In this document: piece after piece, positions 1 through 14,072 of the stretch
Position numbering within the stretch: position 1 is the first letter of the stretch
How the letters are laid out: the number at the start of each line of letters is the position of its first letter
NCBI RefSeq assembly: GCF_000150275.1
Contig: NW_002060943.1
Location: forward strand, 11,470,878-11,534,877
Reading direction: 5' to 3'
Length of the DNA stretch: 64,000 nucleotides
Source of the DNA: Trichoplax adhaerens
Lineage: Eukaryota > Animalia > Placozoa
The notes under the pieces: generated by a model
The model's database searches: none
Told to the model about the DNA's origin: nothing
Seen by the model: only the letters and a program-made list of their open reading frames with translations
Position numbers and translations under genes: made by a program

Positions 1-3000
1 TATTTGTATATGATTCGTAAAATGTAATTTTATTAATACTACACATATGATAAGATATCGATCTTATCTTTAGTTTTGTGGTTGAATTTTCGTACCAAGG
101 CTACATGGCCAAGATTATACCAAACATCATCCATTTCTTCATCCGATGCTAATTGTAGTGCTCGCTCAAAACAATTTAATGTCATATCATATTGTTGAGC
201 ATAAAAGCAGCACAAGCCAAGATTATTGAAGAGTTGTGTATTATAAACTCCCATTTGTAATAACCGTCTGAATGAAAAGACAGAAAAATGATTATGAACA
301 ATTTTGCATAATGGGTATAAAAGTAGCTTTCAGTAGTACTAAGATTCTTAATTAGTATACTGATATGTTTATAATTTTATGCTGTTTCAAAATGAAATAT
401 ACCGAGAGAGGTAGATCAACACGCATATAAACATCAAATCTTTATGTCTGTCTCACGCAAGTTTAAGTAAAGCAAAGAGACTGTAGATACAAGACAATTT
501 GAATTATATTACAATAAGCTACTGCTAACGCCTTATAAACTACCCATCTATCCGTAACACTAATCATAATCTTAACACATTACGGCATCATTGATATTGC
601 TGCTTTACAAGAGTGGAGTAAATAACAAATTGCGCTATTGCGGTCTTTAGTGTTATCGAGCTATCTATAGCCATAATTTTAAAACGATATAAATAAATTA
701 AGAATAAAGGGCCATGATGGCTATACCTGAAAAATCTTAACGCAATTTCTGGTTGATCTGAGTAAAAATGATTGGTAGCTATACAAGCAATAGCTTCGAC
801 ATGGGTATTGTCATGATGCAAGACTGATTTGTAATATTTAACAGCACTCGTCAAATCATTAATTCCCTAAATTGAAAAATAAATTGATTCTATGTAAGTA
901 AAATCAATCTTTAAAGCTCATGACAAACTTGTGCTCATTTTACCTCATAAATTCGAGCAATTCCCGTCAATAATGTGCTTTCTCCTGGAAAAACTTCGAT
1001 TCCCTATTCATTAAGGAAAATATATTAAATTTTACGATCCCCGTACGTAAAACATGTAATAAAATCTTGCTAGGCAACATTTTACTGACCTTATTAAATA
1101 CTTCTAGAGCCTTTTGCGGTTGATCAAGACGAACATAGACCTTGGCCAAGTATAAAAATGTATCTACCATATCAATCATATTTAAAGCCGACTTAAATTG
1201 CTTTTCTGCTTCACGTAACAATCCTAGCCTATTGCAAATAATAAAAAAATTTCATTAAGATAGATCTCACATTATTTAGCGTTAACGCATTAATAGCATC
1301 TTTGATTTCTGATTAATTGACATGAAAGTATATTAGATATGAAAGATACCTGTAATAACACTTTCCTAATTGGACTTTCCACCACCAATCCTTAAACTGG
1401 CATGCCTCAGTGGTTAAAGCTGCTAACTCCAAAGCCTATTACAAATGAGACAAAATTTAAGTTCTTTTCCTTTATTATCGTCCGCTAAATACAGCATAAA
1501 TCAATATGAAAACTTACGCTACGTATATCGTTCTCATGATGAAATAGATATTCGAAAAGAACCTATAACATAAATATTTAGATACACCATGAGATATAGT
1601 TATCGTTATGTATGAAGCATTTCTGAATTATATCTTTATCAGATTGCTTTACTTTGCTAAGATTTGGTCTGCTTGCATATTTTGATAAATTCAAACGAGC
1701 TACATTGATAAAAGGCCCATCCGGTTGTGATAACATTGATGCCTATGTGTGACCATAGAATAAAATCGTAGATCGTCAAATCATTTCATATGTCGCCATA
1801 GGTTCTAAAATAAGCTAATAAACGTTTACATCTAGTAATGATATTTTCGTACCGTTCCAAGCCTTACATAGCGACCAGAAGCACTAGTAACTGGTCTAAA
1901 GTATTAGTCATGTATAGGAACTGTATTAGTCGATCAAACGATACAGCTAATAAAAAATATCAGTAATAAATTATAAACAAATCTATAAGAGAGACCTTGC
2001 AGTATGTGCTGTTCTTGGTGTCCGTATTGCTTGTTCCATTGTGCCTGGTCGGCCACCTTGAGTACCTGGCCTTAGAAACCCACTTAGTGGCCTACCTGAT
2101 TGAGTTGTCGGCCGTACGCTTGGGCTCGGGCCACCAGAACTTGTTGTAGGTTTATTAAATGATGTCCCTGGCCCTTTTAATTGCATAAATTGGAAATTAT
2201 CCATTTTTGAATAAATTAAGAAATTTAACACACTGACCTATACGATGACTAAAATAGCATTACAGTAGTTATCGAATTTTACATTAGAAAGAATTAATTT
2301 CAACTCTACGATAATATTCCAATAAAAGTAGCTATATTTCTCGTTATAGTATTCTCTTGTTTACAGCTGAGATATAGGTATAACATAATGTAAAAGTTTA
2401 TATTACTTGCGACTTTTGCTATAGCATTGTCATCCATTAACATCTCAGCGATTCCTTCTTCATCATAATCAACTTCATCTACATAAACTTGTTCTGTAAG
2501 CGCGCGGGCCTTTAAATACCAGAAAGCCTTTCAAAAATCAAGAATAACAGTCCATATTTCATTAAGTGTTCACTATGTACGTACATAAAATAAATGTACG
2601 CTTATAATTTCCACATATAGTAAATATGCATTAAGAAATTATATGAAGTGATAATTAAACCTGCTTAGCTTTACGAAAGATAATCTGTTAATTAGGTTTA
2701 CTGTACGATTACATCGTCAAGCTACATAGTTGCATGCAAACTAGATTAATCAACAAATAATATGGAAACAAGCGTAGATACGCAAACTAAAGGCTATGAT
2801 ATACTTCTAAAACCGCGTTTAAAGAACTACTTCTCTGTTCTTCTTACTGTACTGTAAATGATCTACTAGCACCTGATCCAACTATTATGATACAGTACTA
2901 CTCAACATTATGAAGATTTGAATTATTTGGATATCGAAATTCGTGTTTATCACAGCTTTATTCTCAAATTGTCGCTACCTCATAGACGACGATTACTGAT

Positions 3001-3179
3001 GAACTCAATACAAAATAACAAACTTAAGAGCAGATTTTTATAGCAGTATTATATTATCTCTATCATAATATCCCTACTTGTTCATACGGATTTTTTTGCA
3101 AGACTTTATTGCAGAGTTCGACGCAATCATCAAAGCGTCGACGTCGAAAGTAACTATTAGCGAGAAATAGCGGATCCAT
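1..3179 (-). CDS. TTC8: TTC8/BBS8, BBSome TPR subunit; multi-exon, 3' end runs off the window
   Basis: Exon 1 (ATG at 3179) reads MDPLFLANSYFRRRRFDDCVELCNKVLQKNPYEQ. Later exons give AFWYLKARALTEQVYVDE, RPTTQSGRPLSGFLRPGTQGGRPGTMEQAIRTPRTAHTARP, HVEAIACIATNHFYSDQPEIALRFFR and LFNNLGLCCFYAQQYDMTLNCFERAL, all characteristic of BBS8. Introns are GT-AG. Confidence 0.97.
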
Positions 3180-3206
3180 TTTTTTTTTTTTTTTGATTAA
3201 CAGTTA

Positions 3207-3219
3207 GTATCTAGGAAAC
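3207..3219. promoter_or_regulatory. RFX X-box (GTATCTAGGAAAC / GTTTCCTAGATAC) upstream of BBS8
   Basis: 13-bp imperfect palindrome matching the RFX X-box pattern, 28 nt upstream of the ATG of a ciliary gene. A CCAAT follows at ~3235. Confidence 0.7.
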
Positions 3220-3242
3220 CAACGGAGACTAAAGCCAATCAA

Positions 3243-3535
3243 TGTACAGTACTGTACTGTAGCATGCATTTAAATCAGCGCAGTATTTTTCATACTGTAC
3301 CCTGTATATCTTGCTATACGCCATAAACTGTACTAACCCACTGTAAAATCCCAGGTTTGTTTGGCCTGTATTGTACTGTACAGTATTAATGCACTGCACT
3401 GTACTGTATGTACTGTACAGTACAGTACAATACAGTACTGTACTGTACCAAGGACTACTAACACTGTAAATCCCGCATACAGTATACTGTACTGTACAGT
3501 GTACAGTAAACTTTAACCTTATACACATACAGTAT
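3243..3535. repeat. (TACTG)/(CAGTA) pentamer tract in the BBS8/AAR2 divergent promoter
   Basis: For example tactgtacagtacagtacaatacagtactgtactgtac at ~3411-3448. Both orientations are interleaved. Confidence 0.9.
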
Positions 3536-3613
3536 TACTAGCTAACTATTACTAACCATAACTTATACAAAGTGAATAAAATTTGCCCAAAATCTTGCAT
3601 TTCCAGCTCAGTC

Positions 3614-5550
3614 ATGGATCCTGATAAAGCTAAGAGCTTATTTGAAGAGGGTGCAGTTATCATCGTAGAAGATATGCCAGTTGGTAATGAATTTGGGATT
3701 GATTACAACTGGTGGAACACCGGTCAAAAATTTCAAGGATTGAAAATGATACCAGCTGGACTTCACTTTATTTTTAGCCGAGCTTCTGTGACGTCGCAGA
3801 CGAACAAAACTAATAACACACTTAATGCTAATATCAGTAATGCAGATTTAGGATCTCGCTGTGGCTTTTTCCATTTTTTTAAAAAGAGAGAGATTATGTG
3901 GCTGCAATGGCATAAGCGGAATGAAATATTAGTTCATAAAGATAGTAGTCAAGAAGACTTAGAAAGAATTAGGTGCAATTTGAGAGATTTAGATCAAAAT
4001 CTTGGACCCTATCCATTTGAAAATCATGAAAAATGGCGTTGTCTGTCTGATCATATTACTGAAGAAATAATTCTTAAAATGCAACCATTGAATATCATGA
4101 TAACCTCAGTATCACAATATTTACCAAAGTCTTATAAATCATCTAGGTTGGTAGTTTCTTGTTATGATATGCATGGAAATATACGTATAAACAATTAATT
4201 GTACAAATTACATAATACGTTGTATATTTGTTTATATTCTTCCTAAATTGTCAGTACTCTTCAATAAATGGAGATATAATAATCGTGAATTCATACTACT
4301 GCTTTGCAATATAACAGTCTTCGCTCTACTTATAATTATTATGATCATAGCAAACCCTTACTTGTATTTTATCCGTTAAATTAGGCAAAACAGATATGAA
4401 GCCAAATCAGAAGATAATATTGATATCAAACTAGATCCTAATTGTATATTAAGATTTTCCGATATACCAAAACGTAAATTTCCTAATTCGTCAACGCCAA
4501 GCGAAATCACAATTCACAGCATGGATAAGAGTTATACGCTGGATTACGTTATTGAGAACTGCCACAACAATAGTAAGTATTTTTATATGAATTTTTGCAA
4601 ATTCGATTTATAGAATAACTGATTCCTTCAAATGAAAATTTGGCTACATTTAATATCGTTCGTTTTCGTAAGACTATTGCTGCAAGGTAGATTTCCTTTA
4701 TATTGCAATACATGCAGTACGTATGCGGTGCTAGGTCACAGGCCTTCGTATACATCGGTAGCATTTAGTAATTTACTTTACAGTGCTATTAATTAGCATT
4801 AGGTGCGGCAGTAAAACACTATGAATTATCTATTAACAATTAGAATACGCGAGGCTAATAAGTAAAAACTACTGATTTTGCAATAGGATTGCCTGTATAC
4901 TAGTAAATTTTTTCCGCTTATATATAAACACCATTCATTTAGAAGTTAGCCAGATCTATTTAACTGATACTATATTTTTTGCTTTACCAGATGAAAATCA
5001 ACTACTTGGAGAATTACAATTATCGTTTATCTGTTTCCTTGTTGCGCAAGTTTATGAAGGTTTTGAGCAATGGAAACGAATTGTAGATTTACTTTGTTCA
5101 TGTCAAAGTATAGTCAGTAAAAGAGCAGAATTATATAGGAGTTTTTTACGTAAGTAAAATAATATACATCTTCTACCTATTGAATATGCGTAAGAGTAAA
5201 AATTCTAACTTTTTAAATTCTAGAAAACGATGTATGTCCATGTAGAATCTCTCAATGAGAAAATAAATTATGTTCGCTAATATACACTTTCTCCTTCTCG
5301 TGGCCAAATAGGAATATTTAGTGATCAATTACGAGAAGTACCCGAAGATTTTTTTGTTGATATTGTTACGAGGGATAACTTCCTAGTTACCAAGTTGAAT
5401 GAACTATTTTCAACTCTACAAGATTCCTCTTTAACCAATACAGAACTAATGACTGAGGCCAACGACTTTCGTCAGACTCTAACGGCTCGATTTCAATGGG
5501 ATTTTGAAAGTGAACCTGACGAATTTGCTCCAATTGTTGTAATGGAATGA
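3614..5550 (+). CDS. AAR2: AAR2, U5 snRNP assembly factor (4 coding exons)
   Basis: MDPDKAKSLFEEGAVIIVEDMPVGNEFGIDYNWWNTGQKFQGLKMIPAGLHFIF; LDQNLGPYPFE; ITIHSMDKSY; LLGELQLSFICFLVAQVYEGFEQWK; EVPEDFFVDIVTRDNFL; C-terminus FESEPDEFAPIVVME*, TGA at 5548-5550. Confidence 0.95.
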
Positions 5551-5924
5551 CTTCATTGTCATGTTGTATTGTAGATAGTCTTTAGAGTAATTTTATTTAT
5601 TGAAATCTTGGAACTAATAAAAAGGTCACAATTTTGATAAAAATGCGATACCAGAGTAAAAATATATGTTTCCCGTATCAACTATTTTGATGATTTATAT
5701 ACTATACGCGTAATTTGATAAGTTTTATACAAAGCGAATATATTAGTTGCTACAAAGTCATTACGACCTGAACTTCGCTATTGACTATTTATGCTAGTTT
5801 TAAAATAACCCCATCAACACGCGGACAGAGCACCTTCAGATAACGGTAATTATACTGACGATAATCATGCATATTTTTACGGGCTACCGATAAGGCATAT
5901 TCTATTGGCTTCGAATTTACAAGT

Positions 5925-8900
5925 CTATTGCATCTCGAATGGCGTATTTAAAATCTTTGCATTTTCCTCTTTGTGTATTGCGCCGATGCCAACTGCGGGA
6001 CAAGCAAGAGCTTCACGACCGGTATATAACAGCTAAAGAAGATGAATAAAAGAGAAATTAACAAGCAAACGGCTAATGAAAGAAAAATATTTCATGTACC
6101 TTTACGCCGAGTTGTTTTTCGAATCTAGGAGCTACAAAACTCCAGGGACCCATATTCTGATGTTCTTCTTGGCTCCAAATGAATACTGTCGTACACATCA
6201 ATATTAATAAATTACCTCTAATAATATAATTAAATGCCTGCGTACACACTAAGCTACGTAGATGATCACATGTACAAACCTTTTGCGTTTTTGTAGCGGG
6301 ATAATTCTTTCTCAATCAGCTGAGTCGGGAAAGGACACAGAGACTAAAAAAATTTATTTTAACAATAGACTGTGATCACAGGTAATTACAACGTTATCAA
6401 CATCACCTTACGAATTAAGTTATTTTGCCATACCTCTAATCGGATAATAGCTACATTCTTAGCATCTAAACTTTGTCGTTGTTTATCAAGAGCATAGTAG
6501 TGCTTCCCTGAACAAAGTATGACCCTCTCTACTTTGTCAGAACTTACACTATGGTCACCCAGAACTGGTTGAAAGAAGGTACTAGGTGTCATTTCTGTCA
6601 GAGTAGAAACGGCATCCTAACAAATTATGGATCAAATAAGTCTTAGGCCGTATACACTCGTGTTAAATTAGTATAAAGCTAATCTCTATATTATTAGCAT
6701 TTGTAGTAGTATTCATATTTACAGGATATCGCAGTAAGATTTTTGGAGAGGCGACGATTAGAGGCTTTCTAAAATTTCGAAGCATCTATGGATTTTGCAA
6801 GGACATGATAAGTTTTTAATAATATTTATTGACAATATTTAGGTAATCACCTCTATTGATTCTAATTTTTGCTGAATACATCATTAAGAAGTGACGCAAA
6901 AGTCTTTACCTGCCGTCTTAAGAGATGATAGTACTGTGCTGGTGTCGTTGGATGAACAATACCAATATTTACATCGTCTCCATCGATCTGATCCTCTTTA
7001 CTGTCACATAGCTTGATAGGCACAATTAAAAAAATTGATTATCTATCTAAGGTCATTGTGTAATAGCTACAAAAATTGTCCTTCATTTGAACTCGTAAGT
7101 ATGCAGTTACAGTTGTATAAGATACAAGATAAAATACCTGTAAAAAGCGTTCGATCCGACAGGAAGTATGTTCAGGCCCAGCACCATCATATCCGTGGGG
7201 TAATAACATTACCAAACCACTTTGTAATAACCACTTAGCTATTAATAGTTAGTAATTAGTTACTGCTATCATTTCATTTACATATTGGAATAAGTGTAAT
7301 GTTTGCTAAATTAATTATTTTCCTCTGTAGTTTCGATTCTCATAAATTAATTGGACGATAGATAAATACTTATGGCCATATCATTATATAGCGTTATTTT
7401 TTACTGATATGTACAACGTACAGTAAGAAAATATTACTTACTTTCACCAGATGTGATGAAGGCATCAATAATTATTTGAGCTCCGTTGAAAAAGTCGCCA
7501 AATTGAGCTTCCCAAATGACCAAATTTCGTGGTGATTCTATACTCATACCATATTCAAAACCAAGGACAGCTTCTTCTGATAGTGTACTGTTAGCAATCT
7601 GCTTCGACACATAAACCGAAATGAATTAGGCATAATTGAGTTTTACAAAAAAAATCTGAGAATTTCAAACCTCGATAAATCCTTTTTGATCAGGTGCAAT
7701 ATTATTAAGTGGTATATATACTTCATCTGTTTTTTGATCTACCAACATCACATGTCTGTGACTGAAGGTACCTCGACCAACATCTTGTCCACTAATGCGA
7801 ACGTTATATCCTAACACATATTTAAAATAACAAATAGAAAATACGGAAATATAAAATATCAAGCAATTAACGAAAACAAGCAATACTGCAGTAATATACC
7901 CTGAAATAATAAAGTCCCAAATGCCAAAGCTTCTGCTGTAGCCCAATCGATACTCGCCGAGGTCTTCAATTTTTCAAATCTATTTTCAATAAACGTTCTT
8001 TGCAAGCGAGGGTGCACCGTCTAAAATGCGATTATTTCGCGATTTAAAAACGTCATTATTTAATGGACTTATTATATAAATTATCGTTATAATGAAAGGA
8101 TCTACAACAATACCATAGATTCAGGCACTTCAACGGACTTTGCTCCAACATATAATAACGTATTTAGATCACAGCCTGCATAGATTTTAAAAGAGTAACT
8201 AATTTAGTGATGACTGTTAAAGGCCAGTGACACAGCCAGCATCAAAATTGGGAATAGTTTTTATATCGTCAGGTTGATTGCATTGAATTTTAGTTAATAC
8301 AAACCTGTATCCCACGTTGTATTTTCGTGAGACGCTTGCACGTATCCAGACCATTGCTTTTGCAAGTGAGACATCTAGAAAAGTTTCGCAATTTTATAAA
8401 TTCAACAATACTCTGAATAACAATATTTGATATCAACAATTGAGGGCAAAAATAATGAATACCTCAATTTTCGAGATCTTTTCTACATTTTTTAATTCAG
8501 AATTTAAAGTAGAAGTATATTCATTCTTTAAAGCGGTTACGCGATCATTTGAGATAATTTTATCATCCTATATAATATAAATGAAATGATTAGAATTTGC
8601 TAAATAATGAACAGGCCGAAAAATCTACACAAACTTCTAAATTTTCTGCGTAAGAATCCGGGACACTCTTTTTGGAATAAATTGCATTATACATAATCGG
8701 CTGAGTGAAAGCAGGTTCATCCATCTCATTGTGACCCCTATTAACAACATTACAAGTAACTAAGAAATGTACGTCTATTACAGGCAAATTGGAACTTAAA
8801 TTTGTAATATCTATTTGGTAGTACAGTATGATAGTACCATAGTCTGAAGCAAATTAAATCAATAATGATGTCTTTGGCAAATTTTTGCTTATACAACAAT

Positions 8901-11900
8901 GCTAATTTTGTTGCGCGAGCCAAGTCCTAATTTCGGTAGGTAATAAATGATTTACAATTTATATACATATAAGATGAAACTGATTTTTTACAACTCAGAA
9001 AAATCGCTAGCTCTCTATTATCGTTATTTACCTCTGGATTGTCACCGTTCACATGTATGACTGGACAATCGATTATTTTACCGACGTCACTTGAGTACAG
9101 AGATGATCTATCACGGTATAAAAAATATCAATGGAAAAAAACGTATATCGCCACAACGGCAGCATCGTTGATAAAAATTTTAATACCTTCCTCTTTCTGG
9201 CTCTGTCGTAAAACCAATCTGGTTATTTACAATAAGATGAATAGAGCCTCCCGTTCGAAAATGAGGTACTTCAGAAAGCATTAATGTTTCCGGAATAATT
9301 CCCTGTTGTTTGCAATAAAATGAAACAAATAAAAATTAATGATTTACAACATAAAGTCTAAGATCTAGATTCTAAAATTATAGTAAAATTGTATAAACAG
9401 AACCATTCATTATGTCACTTATACATAAATTTATATGAAAAATCTGCATATTATTGCATTGTACGAGTTCTGTGTTAATAGGAAATAGCTTCTACGTCCT
9501 ATACCTGTCCAGCAAAGGATGCATCTCCATGTACTTGCAGGCACATCGTCTAAAATTAAGTAGTTAATATACGTACAAAATATCTTAGATAGTACTTTAA
9601 TATCATTTTAATGTACATTCTTTTCATTAAATTTTATTTTTAACCTTATTAGATAAGCCACTTTCACTATAATCGGCATCCCCTATTGACAGCTGACGAG
9701 CTCTAGTTTTACCACATGCAACAGGATTGCAAGCCTTTCGTAAGAATTAAAGAAGTAAATATACAACACACACTTGTCATTCTTTTATGCGGAAAAAAAG
9801 CGTGTAAAAGTATTCTCAACCTAAACTCGTGAAAGGCTACAGTAGACGAAATCTTAAGGTTAAATTTACCTCTAAATGAGAAGGGTTCGGTAACAAACTA
9901 AGATGTAAGTTACTATCTCCCATAGTTAAGTCTATTGTCTTGACTGCGTAGGAAAAGAGCATGTTAGTTCAAATAAAGTGACAATAACGATGTCGCTAGA
10001 AACACATTACTAAATCTGAGGGATATTGCATATTACCACTTGGCAGTAACAAAAAACCTACTACTTACATAAATGAGACAACACATCTCCAGTTCCTTTC
10101 GCTGAAGGAGGTAGCTCAGATCTTCCCATCATCTATGTTGACCAGAAAATTTCGATCTAAGACATAATATTCTTTTAGATAGCAACGACAAAACATTTTC
10201 GAAAGACTCGAACCTTGGAAAACATAGCGGCTGGTTGGTAATGAAGAAGACCAGTCATAAAATTTAATCTACCCCGATGGGGCATGCTAATAATAACATT
10301 CTCAATACCGTCTAAAATTGTTAAAAGCATTTGATGACCTTAGCGTTAGTTCACTTCAGTACATACAGAACATGCAATACTCTCCTGGTGTTTCCAGTAT
10401 ACTTTACTTATACGTATATGCACTCTAGCATATAATTTATAGCAAATCTGTACATTACACAATTCGTTAATTGCGCATGTAAATAATGTACTATAGTAAC
10501 AGCAGGAATTAAAAAAATATAATCAAGAATTATTTGTTTCAATCTGGGAAAGCATACACTAACCTTGCATCGCGTGATTAAATACTTCATCAAAAAATAC
10601 CATCATACTTTCTGCACCTTCACCTCCGTAACGTTTAACAGAGGGAAATTTCTTAGCCAGAAATTGATCAAAAGTCTGTACAATTAATAAAAATAATATC
10701 CACATTTGTTAAAAGATCTGGCAAGTAAAGCTTGTAACATTCGAGCGCATTACCTGAGATTTGATAAGCATCTCCATAATACGACATTTATGCTCTGAAG
10801 AAATTTCATGTTTATGCCATTTTTCGTAGTTGCGCCTAAACCATTCTTTTTCTTCGTTATCCTTCATTGAATATAAAATTAATACTGATTTAATAACATA
10901 TAATAAATTGTATTGTTTTCAACAATTTACATATTACAAAGAAATATGTCTGTTATCAATACTCAATCGTGTGTTTTAGGCAAACCTTGATATAAGTAAA
11001 CTCAACCGCTACAGAATTGCAGTAAACTTCTTTTAAGTAATCAACAATTTCTTTAATAGTGGCCTCTTGTTCGCTAAAATCGATAATACCTGCTTACACA
11101 TAATCAGTTTACATAGTTAGCTTACTATAAGTGCAAAAGATATCAGGATATAATGTAGCATTATCTATGTGTTTCTATCATCTGGTTAAGAAGCATAATA
11201 TCTTTTACCAGTATTTCAATTCCGTCATGCATATCATTATATGGAGTATAAGAGAAAATCACATCTAAATTTTCATTTGCATTATGTAGAAATAACGTTA
11301 TATAAGCCTACCGTTGACGGAATATTTAGTTGAATCTTCTAAATTCAAGCCATAGTTTTCAATGGCTAACTCGGATATACTATAATGGATTGTGAAATAA
11401 TATTCAATAACGACAGAGTCATAATTTTGGATATAATCGACTATACAAGTTTTAAAGTGGTAATTGTTTAGATAATCCTATTTTATGATTGTTTGACGAT
11501 ATCTATTTCAATCTACGCATGGGAATATAATACCATATTAAGTCAATATCATAATTGCAGTAAAGGTTCTACCAACGTCAGTTCCATTAAAATAAATTTT
11601 TTAAACAAGAGCAAAGTAGCAGGTAATAAGTAATTTATTAAAATGGCCTGATTTATGTAATAACCATAATTATAGTTATCATTATCAGAATCGGCTCCAG
11701 TCGCAAGATCAAATTCGATTAACCATCAGTTCTACTCAACTTCAGTCCTCAGGTAAGTAACTTACTATATGAGAGCATCTTAAGCACTGAAATACGATTT
11801 CTATCGTGTTTGAAAATATCTACTCACTTTGCTGCATTATTATTTGTTAGCTCTAAAGGATCTAGCTTAGCAATACGATGTCCATGATCATGATAGGCGG

Positions 11901-14072
11901 TAACAAGACGATACAAGTTGCTATTTTTAATTCTGTTGTTGATGACATCAGTAGATTCTATAATATTGATTATTAAAATTTAAAAAACAGTTATTAAATT
12001 ATGAAGAGGTTACAGTTTAATAATACAAGCTCACTAAACTTATTTTCTATACGATATTTGATTTTAAGAGAAATCCTTTTATCAAAATGAAAGAAACACA
12101 ATATCAGTAGTCTCAGTGAAGACTATTAAACTGCTACAAGGATAATCTCTGCGTATATCATTATAATCGTTCCATGAACGAATAAAAGTCAACACATCGG
12201 ATAAAGCGGCGAGTGCAATAAGGTTATTCTATCCGTATAAAACATGGAGTGTTATTATCAATACAGAAATAGTAATTCATTTGCTTTACTCATGCAAATA
12301 AATACCCAAACATAACAGTTTTATACGCGTATATCCAACCAATTAAAAGACTGGACAATTAACTTTGAGAATTACTTTCGATACATTTAATTAATTAACT
12401 TATCAATAGCAATATGACTATACAGGTACAGAAAGATCCTCTAATAACTAATAATTGTTACATGGACTATTGATTCACGCATTGATTCTTTCAGAATTAC
12501 TGTAGTTGATCTATCCTGTACAGTATGCATATATCAAACCTGTTAAAAAAATATCATGTAAGAATTTATCATGACCGCGTAGGCAGCTAACAGTAGCTCT
12601 ACTGTATTCTCAGTTCATATGAAACTAATCCGTAATCTATACATTTGATTCATGATATGGATCAAAGTATCAATTATAAAGTAATATGCTACAGAATAAT
12701 AGGAGCGTACAAAGGCCATCCGTTTTTCGTTAATATACGAAATCAGCTACGCTTTCTGGATCAGTCTATCATGTTACCATTTTAGAAGTGACAATTTAAG
12801 TTAACAGTTTGTAGGTTAGATTTCACTGATAAATGAATTGATCGGAGTTACCTTTTGTACTATATAGGCAATACAATATAAATCGAAGATTTACTATTTA
12901 TCATAACTGAACTTTCTTTCCAATTTTCATTACAGTATACGCGTAGTACTAACACTGTTGAGGGCTACTTGAGCCATGAAAAGAAGCTGTCCTAACAATA
13001 TCGTTGTCTATTTTGGCAGTCTACATTGGTAATCAGTCATGTTTACAGTATGTTACTAATATACTGTAATACTGTTAAATTAGAAAAAGAAGGTGCCTTG
13101 GCACCATGGTATCTTAATCTATTTTGACAGCGTATATAGGCAATCAATTATATTTGATTATCTTTAATGGTATAATATAATCTTAAGCATACGATATGAA
13201 AATGACTTCATAAATTGATATGGTGATAATCCTCTAAAAATAAGATATTCTACGTACGCGTTAACAAGTATATCATGCAATATAAATTGAGATTTTGCTA
13301 TTTATCATAACGAAACTTGCTCTCCAATTTCCACTACAGTATAATACTACGTAATAAAGTTGAAGTAGAAAAAGAAGCTGTCCTAACAATATCTTATATC
13401 TATTTAGACAGCATACATTAGCAATCAGTCATGTCTGACTAGACCATGATTGCATAATCATGACCATACGACAAGCTAATAGCATCATAAATTAATACTA
13501 TTACATAGGTTTACAACCATACTAGTAAAGCGTTGTCTACCACAGCGTAACAGATTCTCTTATAAATCTATCGTAAAACGTGTTGGTTAATACTCAAATA
13601 GATGACGATTACACTGTATTTCATAAAGTATGGCAGCTGCAACGACAAGGTGTATCACACCAGTCGACAATATGGACAGACAAGTTAGTACTGTACAGTA
13701 GTGTATTCGTTGTGGAGAAACTGCTGTGTATTATTTCAATTCTGAGCTTTTAGGCTATAATATATTACGTCAATATACTGTACATTGAAAAGGTTTCAAT
13801 GATATTTTAATTCAACATTAGCTCTACTATTCTATTCTTTCTTGGATATCTTTCGCTATCATAGCAGATTTTCAAGCCATTTATTTCAGCCATTCCTTAC
13901 TTTCAACAACAGCAACTTAACAACACTTGATCCCTTTTTTTACCATACCTTGAAATGGTTTTCCTTGCCTATCAACAGGTTTATAACCGAAACATCCTTG
14001 CCTTGTATGATAGCAGCGAAAATTGAAAATTTTACCGCCGTTAGGAATTAATTTTCTATTTAAACGCCACAT
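5925..14072 (-). CDS. DHTKD1: DHTKD1, mitochondrial 2-oxoadipate dehydrogenase E1 (>20 exons; ~2 kb first intron 11959-13948)
   Basis: Exon 1 MWRLNRK...[14 protein letters not shown] matches the DHTKD1 N-terminus and splices in phase to [21 protein letters not shown]. Further motifs: [67 protein letters not shown]. Stop TAG at 5927-5925. The short N-terminus and GKHYY favour DHTKD1 over OGDH. Confidence 0.95.
12910..13440. repeat. Degenerate duplication in DHTKD1 intron 1
   Basis: aagaagctgtcctaacaatatc is identical at 12981 and 13372 with similar flanks. A third, more diverged copy starts at ~13087. Confidence 0.8.

Noticed and set aside
3229-3528. ORFs rich in VLYCTV/TVQYS (also 21112-21393, 21149-21388, 31908-32192, 41838-42029) that look like a small protein family
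   Set aside because: They are translations of the stop-poor TACTG/CAGTA promoter tracts, mostly starting at GTG or TTG, with no domain signal.
3572-3613. ORF-track N-terminal extensions (AAR2 from 3572, DHTKD1 from 14162, FoxG from 61872)
   Set aside because: These use GTG or TTG starts. The first ATGs at 3614, 14072 and 61875 fit eukaryotic initiation better, and for AAR2 and DHTKD1 they match homologue N-termini.
10205-10214. GGTTCGAGTC (minus strand), like a tRNA T-arm or B-box
   Set aside because: It is a DHTKD1 splice donor (AAG|GTTCGA), with no cloverleaf around it.
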